This document shows, one piece after another, positions 62,601 to 64,000 of a DNA stretch of 64,000 nucleotides. This DNA is from Candidatus Undinarchaeota archaeon (GTDB lineage: Archaea > SpSt-1190 > JASMDC01): contig CAZFHY010000001.1 of assembly GCA_964519305.1 (NCBI GenBank), positions 186,132 to 250,131 of the forward strand. The letters are read 5' to 3'. The position numbers and the translations under genes are program-made. Numbering within the stretch: position 1 is the first letter of the stretch; the number at the start of each line of letters is the position of its first letter. The notes beneath the pieces are model-generated. The model made no database searches. It saw only the letters and a list, made by a program, of their open reading frames with translations, and was not told where the DNA came from.

Positions 62601-63721
62601 AGGTCCAGGCCATGGTCAAGCGATCGCTCGAAGAAGGTCGCGAGGTGAACGTCAAGCGCGACCTTAACGTGAAGAAGACGAACGAGGGCTTCCGCTCAAC
62701 GGTCGGGATCAAGCTCCGCAACGACGGGACCGATACTAAGAAGGGTGTACGCATCGTCGAGACCATCGATAAATCGATCGCAGGCGACGTCTCCCAGCTC
62801 GTGTTCGATCCGCCGCCGGACTTCATCCTCAAGGACGATCCCATCGTTGGATGGTACATCGACCTCCCACCAGACGAGGAAGTGGTCATCGAGTACAAGG
62901 TGGCCAAGGACCTAAGCGAGGCCAACGCATCTCAGTTCTCCCAGCCGGTCATCCTGGTCGAAGATACGGCCTGCGGGGACGGTGTCTGCGCTTCTGACGA
63001 GGACCTCACGACCTGCCCGGCAGACTGTACCTGCGGCAACGACAAGTGCGACGATGGCGAGGATTCGTCGACGTGCTGCTCCGACTGCCCGTGCGGTGAC
63101 GACTTCCTGTGTACTGCGGGAGGGTGCATCACCAAGGGAGAGTGCGGCGACGGCATCTGCGGTGAAGGCGAGGACCAGTCGTCCTGCTGTACCGACTGCG
63201 GCTGCCCGGCCGACACACTGTGCAGCGATGGCGCCTGCCGGACCGTCGAGACGGCCGCGGGCATCGGCAGCCCCCTTCTTGTGGGCGCGCTGATGGTCCT
63301 CATGGTGCTCACCGCGGGCTTGTCCGCAATCTCCCTGCGGTCGCATCGCGCTGTCATAGAAGAGGGGGTCACTGCCCGTATTGCCAAGCCTGAGCTGGTC
63401 ACCAAACCGGTAGCGCCGGTCGAGGAAAGGCCGCCCACATTCGACGAGCTGGCGGATAAGACAGCGGCGAGCGCCCTTACCCTCAGAAAGGAGATCGAGG
63501 AGCTCGGTCACCTGAAGGAGGAGGAGGCCGCGCTCATCGCCGAGGTCGTGGGCGCAGAACCTACACCGGTCCCCGTTCCGAGGACCTCGCTCCCCATCCT
63601 GGAGCGGCTCGAAGAGGAGAAACTGGCAGCGATCCTCGAGGTTCTCGACCGTCTCGAAGAGATCGAAGGGAAGGACAAAAAAGGCAAGACTGAAGTGGAA
63701 AAGGGCAACGGGGAGGCATAA
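38666..63721 (+). CDS. giant (~8,351 aa) membrane-anchored repetitive cell-surface protein
   Basis: Uninterrupted 25-kb frame. Signal peptide MIMVDRNTLGTILVLGLMLCLVGA, dozens of Cys-paired S/T/D/G-rich modules, CGD..C Cys-rich repeats, a TM helix at ~63263-63337 and a charged cytoplasmic tail. Confidence 0.92.
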   Translation: MIMVDRNTLGTILVLGLMLCLVGAEELDLEQASVNDRTGLTKNNDVAQTFIPTITGNVTKVYIKAAKNSALTAEDMTVQIRSVDAETHKPTSTILATATISASSIPSNSLVSGECPANADWVLADFSSSTYELTGDVEYALVIYRSSRGDTSTEYMICKSGANPYSDGSIYNAAAAAWTWSAASSDDLGFKLYLEKTRENIVAASQTTADATVAVYGDNWFSQIFRMDETADLSRMSFHVKKAGTPAGNLMFEIQSVTAGKPSGTFIAAGLPVLEGDVSTTSDWEVSRLGVTEKDPLATSSTPPAGAGGKNVLTDMKWAQAFKPGRTGNLTKVMLTVTHRATHCDYDLTVEIWDADTDGMPTGGSALATTVVSEADVPDYSESSFTEVEVVFDSPAVVRGGHMYALVLHADSCDVSHYYRWHSGCGSSTSSCYSRGSKSVNTGSGWTQDGNKDNENPHFAVYIGNNLTELSTGVDYALVAYSPLSADASNGFLISNANSNAYSDGTYVSSTDGGSAWTIDSAKDMTFRIYRQFLLVPQDDTLQGELPTALEGGSSSNDAVCIFSSAAGSPCATGETSKCHADAIGYVTEPSDNGSGVDYTVTIDESSNEIYHVYYCDGGTEVLHIIETHTAKEANTITVNVAAVKGEAHSELETAGAVDVFEELAATSQVDTATQSITDSGGDDYTVYFRSNVTDGKYYLRTKSTVSTKDYYGYVLFSASNGTTVTVDLDILAYGQVPTAMASGSVWMDDEADETDDTLYRGAITNTGSGYKYRFYHDGTTPMYLKADTDATHASPVLEESETVSSDTEWNVAVLTGNVPSSLAGDTIEVHPGTGDSCAGGTIHNSATVASGENYATYSVYLTPDASARYLYACESSTKVYYGSATIDDAGESVSFNIQGIHGDMHNDLATTSNYVVACSDLGGSALNTVNTNGQTYDGGSTYVYFQSTGTPDLVISSASGDCTQTNVVAAILDVTLDTTDYVNELQPNVKYAGDLIGDLGGGTVLVTATENSGVGCGMTPWIAKNTVDNVYEDTEDYRVYVQSGTSVYISFCKSSGSPSKLYMTTKSPSAGGDVNMEVGEVSGDLHADLDSASLNVVVCDDVGGNLVSSYSRTAADYDDTLSQYFETTATSTPDFIVTSGTDCSASNIRAVKRNAAVEADLTHTFTVATKVYGDVPSTLASGKFLAFTSTGKGCTDTTDLAASNTTVSDTSVDNDVSVHLTASSTYYLVWCTSGNTKVLEYQITPSSDTAVDAANFGGDAHADLATSSYHGVACTDIGGTALSTEDVTGSQYDGGSKVYYADTGGTPDLIISTSAGSCAAANLVAASLDVSAPASFASTFNPDTKIYGEVPAALASKTVKVYASNLDCSSAATVARGTLPADPVGGSNDAAVYVQSGGTTYYVNYCDGTTTLLERTEQHGSSGAYTLHVGQITGNLHDSLTDGDYVVACSDIGGSALNSESVTVSTYDTSGAQYYEATGTPDFLISSGGATDCTEANMVTSVHDVTIDTSDYLNGFHPDIKISGDVPSTLGSGYIKAFTGEPYTCGASGYWGKGSIAASVAGSGDYTLYLESGRSYYFTVCTSSNAYTLRRQKDLSSVADVDFDVGIFSATLHSDIANSTYHITMCDNVAGSALSSKDVDGGAINTSPVYYDATPAIAGTPDLVVGSSAASCAATNVVAAAIDNTIDTSDYANSVTIQAKFSGEVPASMASKTIQVFTSTQDCGATNDLVTYDTLHSNPTGISNDMMLYLQNGTSKNYHVAFCDSTTKLYYRAANDPSGDATFSIAEFTGTAHADLANASYYVVACGGIGGSALSTRAVTGTQYNAGTRVYFENVATPEVIISTSSQSCAATNLKAAKLDVTIPASLSASFSPGMKLHGEVPGTLAGKTVKVFTSDLGCTGTALVAQHTLHSAPLGITNDTVLYVEQGGTTYYIAFCDGTTNLLKRTRSEGSAGHAALNVAKVTGSLHADLAAAAYKVVACSDVGGSLLSSETVSTSTFNGGGTLYFESSSGTPDVVITSGTDCTASNLVAASLDTTPSSSDYAITFSPTAKIHGEVPASIAEKTVRVFTSDVGCSSDATKARQTLPASVSGSDDLKVYVPQGPTYYITLCDGSTKRLVRTKAVSSADVTFSVGGVHTSTTGKVHTDLEDSSHYIVACDAISGNLLSSESVTGTSYEGGTAYQYYEVSSDDSSVVLAVSSSASSCVTTGLSAARTESDMDRGEEVTFDPEAKGSGDIPNDDPTVRVFLTDPGSGACDTSGQLYASADTSTDSSQSDADYAVYGQNGVTYYLVFCNGTSRALETSTANIGTADIDVGRLQGEVHADLRSGDDVVSIHSANDCSSMVSSETVNPTAATPDYRIWFEDTTGGTYYIRTVVDSTYTQCGHAFTLTSQAKVQNMEGKISGIVPSSVLRMGLDYDSNGDDAWTTSFSSSAYRLFGDSADTSVLAHAYEDTGGSTEVLERTRNINTGDKTLDVAKVTAGEALHDDLDDADDHLVVCTLPGGSVLASEDITGTSYEGGNTLYFDATSQTTVYFGSSSASLDCTGSTLLTSTKQTSVSAGGHYRYIPKYKLTGDVPTGVDRALLFSAAGKGCTDVDGDLAGYDGNLAAGQSDNDYDLYVNKTDGSTFRLVFCNGASSLLQSAAQSSISAAVDIDVARVASGGASKVHDDLNSLFIVACTAPDGTVLTSESVTGTSFEGGSTYQYFEVTQSTAYFAVSGSASSCSAAGLSAAIKLSVAGGSDYTFSPEAKGAGDIPNGDPSVRMFVDDPGTDACGGSQIYVSSDSSTDASQSNADYAVYGQNGVTYYVVFCNGTTKALETTTTGIGTADIDVGRLHGEVHADLRTGSNDIIEVHDAGACSSAVSSETVNPVAGTPDYYIWFEDTGSTFYVRTSVDSGQYVQCGHAFTLTSQASTQDLETRVAGTMPSGVLRVGLDYDSNGDDTYSTTFQSSAFKLFGDNADSAVLVHAYEDTGGSTEVLERTRDLTAGDRTFDVARVTTPQAIHDDLDDTGDYIVACSAPGGSALVSESINGATFEGGTGNGDVLYVDVTGISDMYLAVTSSSLSCTGTNIITATKQSSLSGGSGYAYTPLYKVTGDVPSGPTYAKLFAAASKGCTDVDADLRGYDGSMTTAQSANDYDLYVNKTDSSTFYAVFCDGSNNRLFEASGRTVSGATTISLGKGSGEAHSDLENAGTADNIEVFSNSACTTEVSRHDTQPVENGSGVDYTVYFESTGVTTFYLKATKDAGANAQCGLSFTLTSQAATVQLDTKASGAVPSTVTSVGIDYGKTGSDDLVSKGSLGGSYALYGDVAQTSIDVHVYDSGGEVLERSKSLASDFVLDVAKVKSSGPIHGDLADGNHYALACKSPGSTKLNSKVVSGLNFNDGSTDLYFEKDGSQVFFTISTASDGCQVTAINGTTPQSSVTGGTTYYYTPSRRFSGKIPLGPTHVRLFSASGQTCTTGGLNFRGYDGGVSHGTASDYTIYTNATTSETFYVLFCDWSNNILLESTAKSVPDDLALSLARVGGTVHTDLTSKNIVVCSAIGDTGTRISSASVTGSQFNGGTYQYYEPSGSSVYFGVSSSSSSCASSDLSAAVSTTVAAGDTDTFTATDKATGDITANNPTVRLFISNPDTNACQSSGQDYVSSDTSTDSSQSNADYDVYGHDGQSYYMVFCEGTTALYESALITDLATADIDIARVHTSGANKVHADIKGSTYVVVCSAVGDSGASISTAELAASSYDNGGTSYMYFEVPGSGDVYFALSTSGTSCASSNLRAGIKTSTSPGATVTFDPVGKLKGDIPSDNPSVRVFTEDPGSSACLATGQDYIAADTSTDYTQNDADYAVYGQDGDTYYVVYCDGTSKGVQATVSSLAQAGTDLDVGKVSGDTHTSLETAGDGNDRVDVYSDSSCTTKVSSETVQPADANNPDYSILFTDTTAGTYYIKTTVVASGKTYEACGTPFTLTSQTKTNHHLTARLSGTVPVDVPRIGLDYDDNGDDTYTTTFEDQVYMLFGDATDTQVRVHAYEDTGGSTEVLERVKSLAGGTVGFDVAKVRALEAAIHDDLDDSGDHVVVCTAPGGSALVSEDITGTSFEGVSGNILYFDATSLSEAFLAISSGALDCTATNLATVTRIASPSGGSGYQYTPLYKVTGDIPAGISYVKLFSSASQACTAASTTLRGYDGALLTGQSANDYDLYVNKTEGTTLYAVFCDSSNARLFEASGRTVSGNLALHIGKISGEAHSDLENAGTADNVEVFTGATCTSEVSRHDTQPAENGSGVDYTAWFESTGASTFYVKITKDAGANVQCGHSLSLTSQAATVPLHGKAAGSVHADILKMGLDHNRDGTDEVRTSSTLSGSYAIYGDGGDSEVDIHAYLTGDAESLERLKDLTSAVTLDISKVTAEAHKHLDDDGSVQVYATSTCTEARSTATDVSDSGGADVTVYFDATGASTFYLKAATSTNSTCGNAITPDGNRVATADLTGAITGTVHTDITTVSADLDEAGGAEASTSVVSGGYALYTDGSDTSLTVSFDTTGGAVLSRSGKNLAGAAGKNLDVDAGRLTGDVHADLRTGGNDVVEVYDDGACASKVSSATVNPTAATPDYTIYFEDTGSNFYIKTSVDSTYVQCGHQFTLTSQAKVVDLTARVAGTVPSAIKRIGLDQSRDGNDEAWTTTFSSGGYKLFGDAADTAVDVHAFEDTSGSTEVLERTRDLSGVSVSFDIVSIAAGGALHDDLDDTSDHVVACSLPGGSALTSEDITGTAYEGGDTLYVDTSGVTDIYLTVTDSSHSCTSSDLVTVTKQSSVTAGGTYGYRPLYKVTGDIPSSINGARLFTASGKGCSDVDGTFAGYDGAINSGLSANDYDLYVNATDSDTFYVVYCTGSTRVLQSTSQSSISSNVAVSVARISSGGADKVSNDLNAANVLVCTAPGGTRLSSETVTGSSFDGGSTYQHFETSGETAYAVLSSSTTSCASADLQSGVKLTSIAGGGSYTFSPSVFQSGDIPNDNPTVRLFIDDPGTGACGGGQAYVSSDTSTDSGQSSDDYKVYGQDGATYYVVFCNGTDRVLEASTSNIGAADIDVGRLQGEVHADLRTGGNDVIEVHDASSCASAVSTETVNPAAGTPDYLIWFKDTGGSFYIKTSMDSTYVQCGHQFSLSAQAKVQDLTGSTAGSVHSDVLRMGLDYDTNGDDTWTTTFSSGAYKLFGDADDTTVQVHAFTDTSGSTEVLERSKSLASDVTLNVGRLTGDTHGDLETGGNDVVEVHDASTCASAVSSATVNPSDAANPDYTIFFEDAGGTLYIKTSVDSTYVQCGHAFTTTSRAKVQPLTTRIDGTVHTDVLRMGLDYAADGDDSWTTTFSSGAYKLFGDAADTSVQVHAFTDTSGSTEVLERSKSLASDVTLNVGRLTGDTHGDLETGGNDVVEVHDASTCASAVSSATVNPSDAANPDYTIFFEDAGGTLYIKTSVDSTYVQCGHAFTTTSRAKVQPLTAKVSGTVHTDVLRMGLDYATDGDDTWTTTFSSSAYRLFGDATDTTVQVHAYTDTSGSTEVLERGKSLASDVTFNVGRLTGDAHSDLETGGNDIVEVHDASNCASAVSSTTVNPSDAANPDYTIFFEDAGGTLYIKTSVDSTYVQCGHAFTTSSRAKVQPLTALIAGTVPSDIKRIGLDYATDGDDAWTTSFSSSAYKLFGDAADTSVLTHAFEDTGGATEVLERSKSLAGVNVPFDIVSVRALEDAIHVDLDDTAHHIVACSAPGGTALVSEDITGQAFEGVTIGDRLYIDMSGLSQLYLGVSTTALDCTATKLNTTTLLTGLQAGSSYQYTPIHKVSGDIPAGVSYVKLFTLTSQACTAAGTSLRGYDGLPDASPSANDYDLYVNRTEAQSVYIVFCDGSNARLFETTAKSGITGDLAVHLGKASGEAHSDLENAGTADNVEVFSDNTCTTEVSRHDVQPAVSAGVDYTVWFESTGTTAFYLEVTKDAAATQCGHGFTLSSQEATVELDGKASGTVHSDITKVGLDYGKDGTDNVWTTSTLSGTYAVYGDADYSSLHVHAYITGNVEVLEREKSITSDAVMNIARIASGGSGSVHDDLDTAKVIVCTAPDGSVLSTRDVAGSQYDAGTAHQYFEVTQATAYALVSSSTTSCTSADLRAGIKLTGLAGGQALVFSPAVKGSGDLPDDEPTVRLFLDDPGTGACGTGQVYVSSDTDTNSSKSDADYDVYGQNGITYYLVFCNGTNRILERSTSALGSADIDVGRLQGEVHVDLRNGGNDVIEVHSANTCASAVSTETVNPAAGTPDYIIWFEDSGSTLYIKTSVDADTYVQCGHAFTTTSQAKVQDLETRLAGTVHADVKRMGLDYDSNGDDTWTTTIPSSQYRLYGDKTDASILAHAYENTGGTTELLERTKALNAGDIVLDISRITGAVHTDLGGAQDKVRVYSDGDCTQELSSGTSSYHYSSGTYRTFFEHTTTSGYYSLDAQDADTGNVTRGLRVAASSVPASNVDLNIKLSGVVPDAVRTVAVDLAGDGVTASGGDPWAVLVKGAYRLYGPADATTQVRMWAESSPQSTAPLLQRARKLSSDAVLNVTTITGNVHSELKNNTDVVKVHASSAYDSELTNGTGSYHVSGSTYTVYLEDVHASGYYYLDVLDANSNNRTRGIRVAVDGTTDGAEATGIDLDVRLAGVVPAAFPSVALDLAKDGFTQTSGDPWTPDAKSSYMIFFGGDTDAYVQLYTTATPPGGTPPRLTRSIAKDTIFNVTAVTGTLHADLVSSASDETLAVYGGSDYEHRLSAGKDTVQMTGSNYKVYFDDVHASGQYYLQVNDSKGNVTRGSRFVPDGALDGLEKTGLDITAKLFGVVPPDVKTVSVDMAGDGTGPGDAYVNISDTTAPMTYAVYLPGTAWSVVHAHTGSHTSAPVLNRTRALPANSNAELNVTRITGKMHADLIHDNDTITAWGDANYTVEYTNGTTSYVPVNGTAPTYTTYIEDVLASGYYYLQVYEGATKDATKGLRVVPDGVVDGIEKENFDITVRIKGTVPDDVTLIETNTSSSSGDPYVANVSRSYHAYIPASQDNSTIFFINSSKLKEGKALAIIHNTTKVLDRDQSVSLALIHGEAHPLLETGNTKAFLSLKSDCSERLSTSKETTISDRSTRSDVELFYEFEATPVYVCINAPVTGGSLSIIRRANITEGEIMWQNFDVFVNGTVLDETVNGTVLAGLDLAASWDKDTADALSWETKVNLIGTTFRTFLDGNDTEHRVKVLRADGRPRILLRSGAAQSIEVVENTTSFTSTRLATDEPSLNWTKRFHMSNHGSAGVSMNLTYAPDQTSKDTAAVSLGARTMSTLQYNYTTPTPRIDSTALKITRKADGSGEHWEQTHDLVFLNSQEFTTKHLTGIIMQVWNDHRTSYIDDAWERNTTATSGETSIKDNTLYALRMVPHEYKDEYAYVEWNVPVIREYPSMRYRVKGYAPYPGSVGVGSGGSSSSTGGATSSGGTTTSSGGGATGGYVMDATFDITCNGGSVLSATSGSSAKLTCNFTELEGSVEALDVSVSVSGTSIRPDPQTFLLPALAHWIYKDEAQTLKDHVEYSRLKDIIMTTDIVCATTDVNIQVRGVFEREDEKSFVNETTVTIRLLRDDEACPICGDKLCEGGETSATCPGDCPLDLSGCGDNNCAGDEDADNCPGDCTKCGDGKCTGNETSATCCTDCACAAGTSCDPAQLLCLPDTVCGDNKCEEGEDLAGCPEDCSVCGDKQCTGDETTATCCADCGCPDGFACDLICLPVSICGDGTCDIDETTATCEKDCAVCGDGECSGDENQTSCCADCGCPDDGVCNRVLSICQISTCGDNKCEGGEVLTCPSDCATCGDGTCAPDETCCSDCGCFGEEECDTITQQCVVVGKEVSRSFDYQDEKEEEVGTGTGTGDVSGSGTGTATGTGDVSGTGSGTGAEPSAATKRKEERKRTVSSIAALVTKSRMATSGTSGGTSSSSVVAAKQVQAMVKRSLEEGREVNVKRDLNVKKTNEGFRSTVGIKLRNDGTDTKKGVRIVETIDKSIAGDVSQLVFDPPPDFILKDDPIVGWYIDLPPDEEVVIEYKVAKDLSEANASQFSQPVILVEDTACGDGVCASDEDLTTCPADCTCGNDKCDDGEDSSTCCSDCPCGDDFLCTAGGCITKGECGDGICGEGEDQSSCCTDCGCPADTLCSDGACRTVETAAGIGSPLLVGALMVLMVLTAGLSAISLRSHRAVIEEGVTARIAKPELVTKPVAPVEERPPTFDELADKTAASALTLRKEIEELGHLKEEEAALIAEVVGAEPTPVPVPRTSLPILERLEEEKLAAILEVLDRLEEIEGKDKKGKTEVEKGNGEA
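54165..55613 (+). repeat. three near-identical 483-bp (161-aa) tandem units inside the giant gene
   Basis: The ATG of RMGLDY recurs at 54188, 54671 and 55154. Shadow ORF ends are also spaced by 483. Confidence 0.92.
61538..62305 (+). repeat. Cys-rich CGDxxC...E...CxxDC repeat block 1
   Basis: About nine CGD units, e.g. CGDKLCEGGETSATCPGDC and CGDGKCTGNETSATCCTDC. Confidence 0.88.
62972..63240 (+). repeat. Cys-rich repeat block 2, adjacent to the TM anchor
   Basis: CGDGVCASDEDLTTCPADC, CGNDKCDDGEDSSTCCSDC, CGDGICGEGEDQSSCCTDC. Confidence 0.85.
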
Positions 63722-63813
63722 TTCCTCCCCGTCAAAACACCTCAAGTATAGTTTTAAAAACGGTTATTCAGCCGAAAAAGGGGGGCATGGGCCCGACGTA
63801 GGTCATTCAGTCC

Positions 63814-63828
63814 CGAAAACTTTATAAA
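63814..63828 (+). promoter_or_regulatory. strong BRE/TATA promoter for a transcript running out of the window
   Basis: CGAAAAC-TTTATAAA consensus archaeal promoter. Confidence 0.6.
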
Positions 63829-64000
63829 CAACCTTTCCCATTGTGAATGAGGTTGAAGGCGGGGAGGTCAGAAACCTTGGCCATTACCCCTTTAGTAGGG
63901 GGATTAGCCAAGCGGGGACGAGAGAGGAACTGGAGCGCACCAACGCGCCCCAAACAGGCTTCTACGGTCTCTACTGATTATACCGACTTCAATTCAGGGG

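Noticed and set aside
61342-63745. Long minus-strand ORFs with SPQ/QS repeats
   Set aside because: They are the reverse-complement read of the CGD Cys-rich repeats in the giant gene.
63841-64000. RNase P RNA or SRP RNA
   Set aside because: GAGGAA is present, but the P4 consensus continuation and the SRP Alu/helix-8 motifs are not seen within the window.

Overview
Archaeal chromosomal window of fairly high GC. A DPANN-like lineage such as Undinarchaeota is an inference from the SRP54 signature, DPANN-style surface proteins and the retained egsA. 1-16.1 kb: conserved translation and protein-targeting genes (rps24e end, rps27ae, kae1, thrS, a stand-alone 5S rRNA, nep1, an Rpp21-YhbY fusion, rps19e, a PDCD5-like gene, rpl39e, rpl31e, eIF6, rplX, pfdA, ftsY, srp54, truA, a GT2). 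16.3-29.0 kb: the most unusual part, an accessory locus with a RimK-type ATP-grasp ligase, seven paralogous glutamate-cysteine-ligase-family-2 (YbdK-like) carboxylate-amine ligases (six in tandem), a TIM-barrel amidohydrolase, two nitrilase-family C-N hydrolases and a Cys-rich lipoprotein. Most of these enzymes carry a MinD-type amphipathic helix, and the ligases differ mainly in one loop near the predicted active site. This is a candidate membrane-associated, multi-substrate amide-bond writer/eraser system. 29-37.6 kb: pheT, pheS, trpS, egsA and a radical SAM gene. 37.8-63.7 kb: an AbrB/PIN (VapBC) pair whose toxin stop codon overlaps the start of a ~8,350-aa membrane-anchored repeat surface protein. 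All calls come from motif recognition only; no database searches were run.
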